A DNA stretch of 64,000 nt from an uncultured candidate division Zixibacteria bacterium (GTDB lineage Bacteria; Zixibacteria; MSB-5A5; GN15; FEB-12): the NCBI GenBank assembly GCA_963806185.1, contig CAWDXE010000001.1, forward strand, positions 704,001 through 768,000, in the 5' to 3' direction. Below are positions 28,432 to 39,400 of the stretch, in pieces. The notes beneath the pieces were generated by a model. That model made no database searches. It was not told the DNA's origin and saw nothing but the letters and a program-made list of their open reading frames with translations. How positions within the stretch are numbered: the first letter of the stretch is position 1; every line of letters begins with the position of its first letter. A program made the position numbers and the translations under genes.

Positions 28432-28986
28432 GTGACCGTATTCAGTCTCCCCGGCCCGCACCTTACCCTGTCTATCCTCAGCCCCGATCAGGCCGAGTTG
28501 GTCCGACGGTATTATCTGGAGAACCGCGATCATCTTGAACCATGGGAACCGAGTCGCGATGAATCGTTTTATTCGCTGTCGGCAATCGAGACTCGCCTTC
28601 GCACCGGTGCCGACGCCTTCGCCGACGGCACATCGTTTTCCTTCGCCGTTATCGATAACGAATCAGGCCGGATGATTGGAATCTGCAATTTCTCCAATAT
28701 CGTGCGAGGCGTGTTTCAAGCCTGCCATCTTGGCTTTGCTATCGATGTGTCGTTTCAGGGAAGGGGAATGATGTTCGAGGCTGTGAAGATGGGGATTAAA
28801 TACATGTTCGACGAGGTAGGGCTGCATCGCATCATGGCCAACTACTTGCCAGACAACGAGCGGAGCGCCCGTTTGTTAACCCGGCTCGGATTCGAGCGCG
28901 AAGGTTACGCCCGGGCCTATCTGAAGATTGCTCGCCGGTGGCAGGACCATGTTCTCACCGCCCTGATAAATCCGAACGCCAAATGA
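28432..28986 (+). CDS. rimJ: RimJ-like ribosomal-protein-alanine N-acetyltransferase
   Basis: 'ENRDHLEPWEP', 'NIVRGVFQACHLG', 'LHRIMANY' and 'GFEREGYARAYLKI..RWQDHVLTAL'; AGGAG RBS before GTG 28432. Confidence 0.85.
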   Translation: MTVFSLPGPHLTLSILSPDQAELVRRYYLENRDHLEPWEPSRDESFYSLSAIETRLRTGADAFADGTSFSFAVIDNESGRMIGICNFSNIVRGVFQACHLGFAIDVSFQGRGMMFEAVKMGIKYMFDEVGLHRIMANYLPDNERSARLLTRLGFEREGYARAYLKIARRWQDHVLTALINPNAK

Positions 28987-28994
28987 CTGTGCGA

Positions 28995-30890
28995 CTACCG
29001 GTCTATCCCCACACCGATCTCCACCGGCGTCGAGCTGGTCGAATCTGCCCGTGGCGTTATCCAGCGTCTTCCGTTTTGCGCCCATGACTCCTTGTAAGTG
29101 TCATTTCCACCGCCATCGACGAAGATGCCAAACGTGTTCAGGTATGCCCGTGGACCCTGCTTTAGACCTCTCGCTCCGCCGAGCATATACTGGCCGCTGG
29201 TGTTGTACACGTCGTCACCGGCCCAGTCGTCGAATATGCCGATCCCCTGGAAGTTTCCCCCACCCGCCGAAAGTCCCGGCGCAAAGTAGGTGTCGTTGCC
29301 GCTTCGGTCGTTGAAATACCCAATAGTAAAATCATGCCCCGACCCGATCGACATGTTCATGGTCGCATTGTACGTGTCGTTTCCGTCGAAATCGTCCAAA
29401 TAGCCGATCGCATAGTGCGCTCCCGAACCGAGTGTGTACCACACACTGTAATAGTCGTCATTGCCGGCACCGTCGATCAGCATGCCTAGGGCGAACCAGT
29501 ACCCGCACCCTTGCGCAAACAGGCCGGCGCGGTACTGATCATCACCGTTCACGTCGCAGAGAATGCCGACTCCTCCTGCCCAACTGTGACCGTCGACATA
29601 ATCTGCCCGCTTCCCGAATCCAACCCCCTGGGCCAACGATGAATTGTGCTCCTGCGTTTGCTGTCCCGGGCTGAAGAGAATGCTGTCCTCCGCCAAATAC
29701 ACATCGTCTCCCGAGTAGTTCAGGCACAAGCCGCACCCCTTCGTATATCCATACCCCTGCGCATTCGACCAGCAGTACAACGAATCGTTCCCGGTGCTGT
29801 CGGTCAGAATGCCGATACCGAATACCCCGCACCCCTGCGCATTGGACTTGCAGCGATAGACATCGCGACCGGTGTTGTCGATCACCACTCCGACACCGAA
29901 TACGCCGCACCCCTGCGCGACATTCTTCGCTTCGTACCGGTCATCACCCTCCCTGTCGATTACCACTGCCATCCCCAGCACGGCGCCGCCGACGCCGGGT
30001 ACGGTCGAATCCGACGACAGGTAGCGGTCATTTCCGGCGACATCAATGATCGCACACAACGGATAGCCAGTGGGATATCCCGAGATACGATAGGTATCAT
30101 CGCCCCCCGGATCGAGTATCAGGAGCGGCGGTGTGCGATACGTGTAGGTGTCCTTGCCCTTCGTGCCGATTACTATCAAACCCTTCTTGGACGGAATCTC
30201 GGTTTGGAAACTCGGAAAGGCGCAGAACTCGAGTGAATCGGCCACCCGGCTGAGTGCCTCCGCGATATCCTCGGCGCCACCCACCATTCTATTCAGGTCT
30301 ACCTTTGCCGCCAGTTCCTCGACCAGATCGTTGTATTGCTGACTGTCGGACACGAAATATTGGAAAACCTGCCGGCGGCACTTGTCAAGATCAACCTTCT
30401 CGAATGATCGTGTGAAATTGAACTCGGCATCATCGACAATCGCGTAGAGCAGATCGACCTTGTCCTTCAGCTTGTTGTATTTCTCCCCCGCCAGTAGATT
30501 GCGACTCCGGGTGAATGACGGCAGCGGTAAAGAGTCTTGCCGCTTAAGGTATTTCTCCAGAGGATCGCCAATCAGATTCCGCCGCACTGGGCAGTCTATT
30601 TTGCGCCCCGCATTAGCGACCAGAGCGCTGATATTGCCGATATCCGCCGAGTACGCCTCCAGGTTCATCTTCCCGTACTTTGGCAGTTTGAACGGATTCC
30701 GGTGAAACATGGTGAAGTACGTCAGGCGCCAGGTGTCCCCGCCGAAAGTCGCCATTTCGTCGGCGTCGAACCGGATGTCTTCGTGGGTCATACCCACCTG
30801 CGCCATCGCCGAATCAATCAAATCCAACTCCTGAGCGCTGACGAACGCCGGGACGAGACACACCACTGCGAGAACTGCTAATTGCTTCAT
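28995..30890 (-). CDS. Secreted hypothetical protein with Gly/Asp-rich repeats (probable Ca-binding beta-solenoid)
   Basis: Signal peptide; ~10 repeats of 'AQGxGxxGxGxLxDxxGxDxY'. Confidence 0.8.
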   Translation of the reverse strand: MKQLAVLAVVCLVPAFVSAQELDLIDSAMAQVGMTHEDIRFDADEMATFGGDTWRLTYFTMFHRNPFKLPKYGKMNLEAYSADIGNISALVANAGRKIDCPVRRNLIGDPLEKYLKRQDSLPLPSFTRSRNLLAGEKYNKLKDKVDLLYAIVDDAEFNFTRSFEKVDLDKCRRQVFQYFVSDSQQYNDLVEELAAKVDLNRMVGGAEDIAEALSRVADSLEFCAFPSFQTEIPSKKGLIVIGTKGKDTYTYRTPPLLILDPGGDDTYRISGYPTGYPLCAIIDVAGNDRYLSSDSTVPGVGGAVLGMAVVIDREGDDRYEAKNVAQGCGVFGVGVVIDNTGRDVYRCKSNAQGCGVFGIGILTDSTGNDSLYCWSNAQGYGYTKGCGLCLNYSGDDVYLAEDSILFSPGQQTQEHNSSLAQGVGFGKRADYVDGHSWAGGVGILCDVNGDDQYRAGLFAQGCGYWFALGMLIDGAGNDDYYSVWYTLGSGAHYAIGYLDDFDGNDTYNATMNMSIGSGHDFTIGYFNDRSGNDTYFAPGLSAGGGNFQGIGIFDDWAGDDVYNTSGQYMLGGARGLKQGPRAYLNTFGIFVDGGGNDTYKESWAQNGRRWITPRADSTSSTPVEIGVGIDR

Positions 30891-31011
30891 TCGAGATCTC
30901 CCGATTTGCTGGATTCCAATATACCCGGGACATTGACTATAACCAGTTTTAATCCGGGTGGTGAGTCAACTGGCCCTTGCCGAGATCGGCCCGCCCAACT
31001 ACATTTCCCCC

Positions 31012-31527
31012 ATGACCGTTCGTAAACTCGCTGCCGATGACGTCGCCGCCTTCCGCGAACTGCGGATCGAAATGTGCCGATCACACCCCGAGGCATTCGG
31101 GCAGACACCCGACGAAGTTTCGGTCATGACGGATGAGAAGTTGCTTGAGTGGATGGCTCCCAGCGACGACTACCCTGAAAAGTTTGTGCTGGGTGAGTTC
31201 GACGGCGACAGGCTTATCGGCACAGTCGCCTTTCGCCGCGAAGATTCGGTGAAAGAACGCCACCGCGGCTGGATCTGGTCGGTGTATGTGCTTCCGGAAG
31301 GGCGTGGCAAGGGAATTAGTCGGAATCTCATGCAGATGACAATCGACGAGTCGCGCAGGATCAACGGCCTCGAGTTACTGACACTCGTCGTGGCGATGCC
31401 TCAAACCAGCGCCCGCACCCTTTACACCTCTCTTGGTTTCTTCACCACCGGGCTCATTCTCCACGGCTACAAGCTGCCCGATGGCCGGTATATTGATCAG
31501 GAAGAAATGATGCTCTGGTTGACGTAG
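31012..31527 (+). CDS. GNAT family N-acetyltransferase
   Basis: 'HPEAFG', 'KERHRGWIWSVYVLPEGRGKGI' and 'LYTSLGF'. Confidence 0.88.
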   Translation: MTVRKLAADDVAAFRELRIEMCRSHPEAFGQTPDEVSVMTDEKLLEWMAPSDDYPEKFVLGEFDGDRLIGTVAFRREDSVKERHRGWIWSVYVLPEGRGKGISRNLMQMTIDESRRINGLELLTLVVAMPQTSARTLYTSLGFFTTGLILHGYKLPDGRYIDQEEMMLWLT

Positions 31528-31549
31528 TCTCGCGTTTGGTGACGATCCC

Positions 31550-32305
31550 ATGATCAGACTGATCTTCATATTCATACTTTCGGCGTTTCTGGCCGGCCTG
31601 GCATGCGAGAAGGACAGCACCATTGGCCCCGTTGACAATAATTCCGCGTATACCGATCTGACCGTCAACATCTTCGGTATGACGCCGGTCATCGGGCATC
31701 CGGCGGTCTTCGATGTCCGCACAGTTTCAAGTTCGCTGGTGGCCCGGGGCATTCTCGACCCGATCGGCAACGCCACTGTGACCTTCAAAATGCCGGGGGC
31801 TCTCCCTCCCGGTTCAAACGAGAATCTCGATTTCTACTCAGACCTGAATGACAACGGCACCTACGATGCCCCGCCCATCGATCACGCCTGGCGGGTGGCT
31901 ATCCCCGCCAACGGCGTTGTCAACTTCACTCACAACACCTCGTTCACCGATATTGGGACACTGGCCGGCCTTTTCAACTTCGAAATGAATTTTGACGCCG
32001 CCTTCGGCGTTCATGGGACCGGGAAACTGGTCGAGCTTCGAGTGGCCGATTCACTCACCGGCCAGACCGTCGGACTCTACCGCAAAGGGATTTTCGGATC
32101 CGGCGTTCAGCAGATAATCATCCCCGGCGTGCTCAGGTCGAACCGAACCTATCGGATTGACTTCTACGCCGATCAAAACGGCAATTCAAAATACGAGGCG
32201 CCGCCGACCGATCATGCCTGGCGTCTGTATGGCCATACCCCTGACAATCTGCAGCTAACCATCGACTTCGTAACCAACACCACCTACACCGACGTCAAGT
32301 TCTAG
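31550..32305 (+). CDS. Lipoprotein with two tandem homologous domains
   Basis: Lipobox LAC; internal duplication 'DFYSDLNDNGTYDAPPIDHAWR' / 'DFYADQNGNSKYEAPPTDHAWR'. Confidence 0.8.
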   Translation: MIRLIFIFILSAFLAGLACEKDSTIGPVDNNSAYTDLTVNIFGMTPVIGHPAVFDVRTVSSSLVARGILDPIGNATVTFKMPGALPPGSNENLDFYSDLNDNGTYDAPPIDHAWRVAIPANGVVNFTHNTSFTDIGTLAGLFNFEMNFDAAFGVHGTGKLVELRVADSLTGQTVGLYRKGIFGSGVQQIIIPGVLRSNRTYRIDFYADQNGNSKYEAPPTDHAWRLYGHTPDNLQLTIDFVTNTTYTDVKF

Positions 32306-32418
32306 GTCTATGCCGGCACGCACCGGCCGTATGGAACCCGGATGATGACTCGGCTGTTTCCTATAGACTGGACGCGCCGAGTCCATTATATTGCCACATA
32401 TAGAAATATGAGGAATCC

Positions 32419-33348
32419 ATGAAGACTCGTGAATTTTTCTTCGCGGTCGCGCTGCTGGGCGGCGTTGCTCCGGCCGGACGCGCGCTGGCCTGCTCGGTAT
32501 GTCGGTGCGGCGACAATGCGTTCTTGTTCTCGGAGAAGACGACCGGGCTGCCCGATCAGGAACAGGATCACCGTTTCTGGCTCAGTCTCGGCAATCAGTA
32601 CTCAACCAAGTCGAATGCACTGGCCGAAGACGAAGGACCCGGCACCGAACGTCAGCGCGAATTGCGCCCATCGCTTCGCGCTTTCTACAGTCCCTCTGAT
32701 CGCCTCTCGTTTTCGGTTGAGGCACCGTACCAGATTCGTCGTATCAAGTTTACGACCGCTGACGGGACGGAGCAGGAAAAATCCTCGGGTCTTGGCGACA
32801 TAGAACTCGCCGCGGTATGGACCCAACACCTCGCCGGCGGCGCCGGCAAGTTCTACACCGGAGGTCTATCGCTTACGATCAAAATTCCGACCGGCGCAAA
32901 TGACAAACAGCTCAATGGCGAGCGTGTGGAAGAACACCTCCAGGCCGGCACCGGCACAACCGATTGGCAACTTGGCGCCGCCATCTCACGCTTCACCTGC
33001 AACAACCGCATCTTTGCCAGCGCCTATTATCGTGTCAACGGTACCAACGAATTTGATTATCACTATGGCAACGCCGTTCTCGGCAACCTCGGGGCTCAAT
33101 GGCCCGTGGCAACTTGGCTTTCCGGCTCGGTGCAACTCAATGGTCGCTATGCCCGTCGCGATCTCCAAACTGCCCAAGTCGTAGAAAACACCGGCGGCTG
33201 GATGACCTACCTCACGCCCGGCCTGCGCCTGAACGTCTCCCCCTCGGCCAGTTTTTCGACGTCAGTTCAGCTTCCCGTCTACGACGATCTCCACGGCGAA
33301 CAGTCAGAAAAGGCTGTGTTGAGTACAGGTTTGAGCTACGAGTTTTGA
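32419..33348 (+). CDS. Outer membrane beta-barrel 'transporter' with N-terminal CxxCxC motif (MetA-pathway/phenol-degradation-like family)
   Basis: Signal peptide ending ALA, then CSVCRCG; 'SGLGDIEL', 'KIPTG', 'LQAGTGTTD' and C-terminal 'LSYEF'. Confidence 0.78.
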   Translation: MKTREFFFAVALLGGVAPAGRALACSVCRCGDNAFLFSEKTTGLPDQEQDHRFWLSLGNQYSTKSNALAEDEGPGTERQRELRPSLRAFYSPSDRLSFSVEAPYQIRRIKFTTADGTEQEKSSGLGDIELAAVWTQHLAGGAGKFYTGGLSLTIKIPTGANDKQLNGERVEEHLQAGTGTTDWQLGAAISRFTCNNRIFASAYYRVNGTNEFDYHYGNAVLGNLGAQWPVATWLSGSVQLNGRYARRDLQTAQVVENTGGWMTYLTPGLRLNVSPSASFSTSVQLPVYDDLHGEQSEKAVLSTGLSYEF

Positions 33349-33555
33349 GCCCTGGACTGTAGACAATTCTTCACGACTAGAGAATACTCTTCATTTGTGA
33401 ATTTCTTCTTATCATTAAATAGGCAGTTCACGCGGTTGCACGATTCAGTTTAATTTGTTTAACTGCAATGAATTGAAGATATTCTAGCCACCCGCAAGCG
33501 GTGTTGGCATCTGTTTTTCAATACAATATCTGCCACTTATGGCCAATGAATCGAT

Positions 33556-34933
33556 ATGCAAGAGTTACTAGCTACATTAATACGCTGCAAAACGGTGAGT
33601 CGCCCTCTGGCCGTAATCGCGCTACAAATCGCCTTTCTGGGCGTCGCGGTTGCCGCTGTTGCCCAACCGGGAAACTCCGATAGCCTCACCCTGCCGCAAG
33701 TAATTCACGAGGTCCTCAGTCGGAATGATCGTGTTGCGGCCGCCCGCTTCATGCAGGAATCAGCCGAACGAAAAGCCTCCTCAACCGGAACGTGGGACGA
33801 CCCCATGCTCATGCTGGCCGTGGAAAACCTGCCCACCTCTCTGGACTTCAAAATGGACGATATGACTATGCGCGTCACCGGTCTGAGCCAATCGATCCCC
33901 TACTCCGGTTATAAGGGGCTCGAGCGCAAAGCCGCCCGTGCCGACGCCCAGGTCTCCACGGCGCAACTGCACATCACCACACTCGATCTGGTCACGGCCG
34001 CCAAGCAGGCGTACTTCGATTTGTACTATCGGCAAGCGAACCTGCGCGACCTTCAGCAACAGCACGAATTGTTGGAGCAGGTCGTCGCATCCACTACCGC
34101 CAAACTTCGTACCAATCAAGCCGGGCAAGACGAAGTCCTCACTGCCCAAGCCGATCTCTGGCGCCTTGAATCGTCCCTGTTGTCGCTTCAGCAGCAGGTC
34201 GATGCAGCCCGGTATAATCTGAACAGTCTGCGCGGTCTCGAGCCGAATGCTTCGGTCTTGCCGCTCGCGACGCCGGTTCTGTCGACGCCGCCCGATTCCC
34301 CGGCTTCCTGGATTGAGTCGGCCGAAAAAAGCTATCCCGAGTTGCGTCAACTTGATCACCAGGCAGAAAGCTACCGCCTATCGGCAACGGCCGCCCGGCG
34401 TATGCAGTGGCCGATGCTCACCCTCTTTGGCAGTTATGGTTACCGCGACGGGCTCTCAACTCGCCTGATGGCCGATCACGAAATTCAGAGTCGAGCCTCG
34501 GGGTGACATGATCAGCTTTGGCGCCAATATCTCACTGCCGATTTTTAGCCGGGGAAAACAGCGCCAGATGGCACGGTCCATGGACGCAATGAACAGGAGT
34601 ACGCTGGCCGGCGCCAAGCAACTTCGCCGCGATATTCGCGCCAATCTTGCCTCGTTGCACTCACGTGCTTTGCGCCTCAATCAGAGCCTGGCCTTGTATC
34701 AGGATCGGATACTTCCGGCCACCCGGGAGGCCTACCGCTCGACACTGGCCGGCTATACCACCAATCGAACTCCGTTTGCGTCGGTCTTGAATTCGGCTGT
34801 CGCTGTCTATCGCGATCAATCGACTATTAATGATCTGAATAATGAACTGGCTCGCACGCTGGCTGAGGTCGAACGATACACCTCCGATCCATCAGCCTGG
34901 GATACCACCGGTGATTCACATAGCGATCAATAA
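33556..34933 (+). pseudogene. TolC/CusC-like outer membrane efflux protein split by a +1 frameshift (real or sequencing error)
   Basis: ORFs 33556-34506 and 34508-34933 encode consecutive parts of one OMF. Removing 1 nt near 34488-34490 gives the continuous reading ...EIQVEPRGDMISFGANISLPIF... Confidence 0.75.
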
Positions 34934-34956
34934 TCACTTCGAAGCAAGGATTACCA

Positions 34957-36486
34957 ATGACTGATACACATGTCGAATACAATCCCGATGATGAACCGAT
35001 GCCGGAAGGCAGTGAAGAGGCCCCGCCCTTCACCCACACGATGTCCATCGTGCGGTGGGTGATTCTGATCGCCATGACATTATTCGCACTCACTATGGTG
35101 CTGACCTATTTTGGAGCGACCCCTTGGGCTCAAAACGCCGGCAGCGCTGTGCAGTATCACTGCCCGATGCACCCGACGTATGTCAGCAGCCAGCCGGGCG
35201 AATGCCCCATCTGCGGCATGAACCTGGTGCCGGTCGGGAGTGAAGCCAAAACGGACACGGTTGCGATAGCCGACAGCCACATGGCTAAGCCGGGCCAATA
35301 CACCTGCCCCATGGATCCGCAGATTGTCTCCGATACCGCCGGCAAATGCCCCATCTGTGGAATGAATCTTGAACTGGTGACCGCTGCTCCAGGAGACGAT
35401 ATGAAGCACGCCGGTCACACTGCGGATCTCGGGTCCGCTCCCGTTCCCGGTCTGGTGCCAGTCACGATTGAGCCTCAGCGACTCCAGCTCATAGGCGTCC
35501 GGACTGGCACGGTCACGCGACGCAATGTGAGCAACACGACACCGCTCGTCGGCTATGTCACACCCGACGAATCCAAAGTCTCCAATCTCACAGTCCGTGT
35601 CAGCGGTTGGGTGCAGAAACTCAATGTCAATGAGACCGGCCAGCGCGTAACAAAGGAGCAGCCACTGCTCACGCTCTACAGTCAGGATCTTTATCAGGCC
35701 GAACAGGATTTTCTCGCGGCCCTGTCGATGACGCGGCAGGACGGCACCGATGCCGCCCTCGCTATTACGCATAATCAGATTCTCGATGCCGCTCGCGAGC
35801 GGCTGCGGTTGCTGGGTCTTACCACTGACGATATAACGCAACTCGAAAACTCCGGTACAGCCAGGCCGGAGATTTCTCTTCGCTCTCCTTATGACGGCGT
35901 TGTCCTGGAGAAGAATGTGAACGACGGCCAGCAAGTGACTCCCGACCAGCGCCTCTTCACTATCGCCGACTTGAGAACGATCTGGGTGCTCGCCGACGTG
36001 TACGAGGCCGATATCGCCTCGGTCAGAATCGGCCAGCCGACCACTATGACTATTGCCGCCTATCCGAATGAGCAGTTCACAGGCAAGGTGAGCTTCATCT
36101 ACCCGACAATTTCCGAGCAGACTCGCACACTCAAGGTACGGATTGAATTTGCCAATGCTGACTTCCGCCTTCGTCCCGGTATGTACGCTCAGATTGAACT
36201 CGCCGGTGGCGCTGATGAAGTGTTAGCCGTTTCGCGCGATGCTGTCATGGACGGCGGTGAAATCGCCTACGCCTTTGTCATCCACAACGGCACACACTTC
36301 GAACCCCGCCTCATAAAGATCGGCCGTTCAACCGGCGATTATGTCGAAGTTCAGGGCGGACTCAGCGAGGGTGAGACGGTAGTGACGAGCGCCAATTTCC
36401 TTATTGATTCCGAAAGCCGTCTCAAAGCGGCGATTTCCGGCATGGGCGGCGCTCAAGCCGATCCGCACGCCGGGCATGGAAAGTAG
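34957..36486 (+). CDS. cusB: Heavy-metal RND efflux periplasmic adaptor (CusB-like) with two heavy-metal-binding domains
   Basis: 'YHCPMHP...GECPICGMNL', 'YTCPMDP...GKCPICGMNL', 'LRPGMYA' and 'ANFLIDSES'. Confidence 0.9.
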   Translation: MTDTHVEYNPDDEPMPEGSEEAPPFTHTMSIVRWVILIAMTLFALTMVLTYFGATPWAQNAGSAVQYHCPMHPTYVSSQPGECPICGMNLVPVGSEAKTDTVAIADSHMAKPGQYTCPMDPQIVSDTAGKCPICGMNLELVTAAPGDDMKHAGHTADLGSAPVPGLVPVTIEPQRLQLIGVRTGTVTRRNVSNTTPLVGYVTPDESKVSNLTVRVSGWVQKLNVNETGQRVTKEQPLLTLYSQDLYQAEQDFLAALSMTRQDGTDAALAITHNQILDAARERLRLLGLTTDDITQLENSGTARPEISLRSPYDGVVLEKNVNDGQQVTPDQRLFTIADLRTIWVLADVYEADIASVRIGQPTTMTIAAYPNEQFTGKVSFIYPTISEQTRTLKVRIEFANADFRLRPGMYAQIELAGGADEVLAVSRDAVMDGGEIAYAFVIHNGTHFEPRLIKIGRSTGDYVEVQGGLSEGETVVTSANFLIDSESRLKAAISGMGGAQADPHAGHGK

Positions 36487-36492
36487 CGATGT

Positions 36493-39400
36493 ATGGTAAA
36501 GGCAATTATTGATTTCTGCGCCCGTAATCGGATGGTGGTGTTTATCGCGACCGCGTTCGCTCTCGCCGGCGCCTGGTATTCCATCAATAATATTGCGCTG
36601 GATGCCATTCCGGATTTGTCAGACGCGCAGGTGATTCTCTATTCGGAATGGATGGGGCGTAGCCCTGATCTGGTCGAGGATCAGGTCACGTATCCAGTCG
36701 TAACTTCGCTACTGGCTGCACCTGGCGTGTCCGCCGTACGCGGCTTTTCCATGTTCGGTATGTCATTCGTCTATGTCATTTTCGACGAAGGCACAGATAT
36801 CTACTGGGCACGCAGTCGCGTACTCGAGTACACTCAGCAGCTTCAGGGCAAGCTTCCCGCGGGCGTAACGCCAACTCTCGGCCCCGACGCTTCGTCCGTC
36901 GGCTGGGTATTCCAGTATGCCCTTATCGACACCTCCGGCACGCACGATCTAGCTGATCTACGCACCTTCCAGGATTTCAACCTTCGCTACGCCTTGTCAT
37001 CCGTCCCGGGCGTGGCTGAAGTAGCCAGCGTTGGCGGATACCAAAAACAGTATCAGGTGGAAGTAGACCCGCAGAAGTTGCAGGCCTACGGCTTGAGCAT
37101 CGGCGACGTCACCCGCGCCGTCCGCCAAAGCAATGCCGATGTCGGCGGTCGCGTTATGGAACTCACGGAACGGGAGTATTACGTCCGGGGGCGCGGCTAC
37201 ATTCAATCGCTCGATGACCTGCGCAAGATCAGCCTCAAGGCTTCGGCTACCGGTACGCCGGTGCTGCTGGGCAGTATCGCCAATGTCTCTTTCGGCCCGG
37301 ATATCCGTCGCGGTGTCGCTGAGCTCGACGGTATCGGCGAAGCCGTCGGCGGCACGATTGTCATGCGTTACGGCGAGAACGCACTCGACGTCATCAACCG
37401 GGTCAAAGCAAAGATCGAGGAATTGAAGTCGTCTTTTCCACCCGGCATTGAACTGAAAATCGTCTACGACCGCAGTTCTCTCATCCATCGAGCCATCAAC
37501 ACGCTGAAACATAGCCTCATCGAAGAAGGAATTGTCGTCGCCTTGGTGATCTTTCTCTTCCTCCTGCATTTTCAGAGCTCGCTCGTGCCGATCATCACGC
37601 TCCCGATTGCCGTTAGCCTGTCGTTCATCCCCATGTATTTCCTGGGGATCAATTCCAATATCATGAGCCTTGGCGGTCTGGCAATCGCTGTCGGCGCCAT
37701 GGTCGATGCGGCCATTGTCCTGGTCGAAAACGCGCACAAGAGGATTGAAAAAGCGCCTCTCTCCGCCAATCGGAAGGAAGTCATCATCGCCGCCGCCAAG
37801 GAAGTTGGTCCGTCGATCTTCTACGCGCTCCTGATCATCACGATCGCTTTCCTGCCCATCTTTGCTCTCACCGGCCAGGGAGGTCGGATGTTCAAACCGC
37901 TCGCGTACACCAAGACGTTCGCGATGTTTTTCGGCGCCCTGACCGCCATTACTATCGCCCCGGCTCTCATGGTGACTTTCCTGAAGGGCAAGGTTCACTC
38001 GGAGGCCAAGCACCCTGTCTCGCGCGGCATCATCAAACTCTACAAGCCGTTCGTTTTTGTCGCCTTGCGCAATCCGAAAACGACCATCATGATCGGCCTC
38101 ATGGCCATACTGTCCGCCCTGCCGATGATACCCAAAATCGGCTCGGAGTTTATGCCTGCCCTCAATGAAGGCGACATTCTGTACATGCCGACCACCTTCC
38201 CGAACATTTCTGTCGAGGCCGCCAAGCAATACATGCAGTTCCAGGATCGCGTCATCCGTCAGTTCCCTGAAGTTGTCTCCGTTTTCGGCAAGGCAGGACG
38301 CTCGGAAACGGCCACCGACCCGGCGCCTCTTTCGATGCTGGAAACGGTTGTACAACTCAAGTCGACCGAACAATGGCGCAAGGTGACGCAGGATCGCTGG
38401 TATTCCGGCTGGATGCCCGATGCCGTTCAGCCACCGTTCCGCGCCATATGGCCCGATACGCGCTCGATCACATGGAGTGAACTGGTGGCTCAGTTTGATT
38501 CGGCCATGCAGATGCCCGGCTGGACCAACGCCTGGACGATGCCGATCAAGACGCGTATTGACATGCTCTCCACCGGTATCCGCACACCAATCGGAGTCAA
38601 GATTTTCGGCAATGATCTCGGCGAAATCGAACGTATCGGCCTGGAGCTGGAAAAATCGCTCTCCAAGATCCCAGCCACACGCTCGGTCTACTCCGATCGC
38701 AACACCGGCGGCTATTATGTCGACATCATTCCCGATCGCGACGCCATCGCACGCTACGGACTGACCATTCGCGACGTACAGGACGTGATCGAAACCGCCA
38801 TCGGCGGCACACCGATCGAAATGACTATTGAGGGCAGGGATCGTTTCAGCGTCAATGTCCGGTACCCGCGTGACCTTCGGGACAATATCGAGAAACTGAA
38901 GCGGATCCTGGTCCCGCTCCCCGCGGCCAATGCACCGTCCTCCGGCGGATCATCCGGCATGGGATCCGGTATGGGCATCGCACCGAACAATGCCCGGTTC
39001 GGGTCACCCGTGCTCGCTTCGACCGATCCATCAATTGAGTATGAAGTTTGGCAGAAGATGGTGCTCGCACAGATGAACAACGGCATGGGGAACGACGCAT
39101 CGTCCATTCCCGGCGGCGCACCATTCCCCGGCGGCGTAAACGGGATGAACAACCAACCGATGCGCCAGGCAATGCCATCGCAACAAATGAAGAGCGGGAG
39201 CTCTGCCGCGACCTACGCCAACCCGCAGGGGAGTCGCGCCATCCCCCTTGGCCAGATAGCCGAGATCAAGTTCGCCGGCGGCCCACCGATGATCCGCGAC
39301 GAAAACGGTATGCTGGTTGGCTACGTCTATGTGGACATGGATCAGAACAAACGTGACATAGGCAGTTACGTGGACGAAGCCAAGCGGGTGGTGAACGCCG

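Noticed and set aside
34504..34506. TGA as selenocysteine or readthrough in the TolC-like gene
   Set aside because: In-frame readthrough meets another stop within ~14 codons, and the homologous sequence continues in the +1 frame.
36997..38373. Long antisense ORFs (also 21661-22590, 41653-42816, 24381-25181, 54442-55329 and others)
   Set aside because: These are shadow ORFs opposite well-supported genes in GC-rich DNA, with no recognisable motifs.
38920..39240. Intein in CusA
   Set aside because: No N-terminal Cys/Ser splice block, no His-Asn terminus and no LAGLIDADG motifs; the insert is low complexity.
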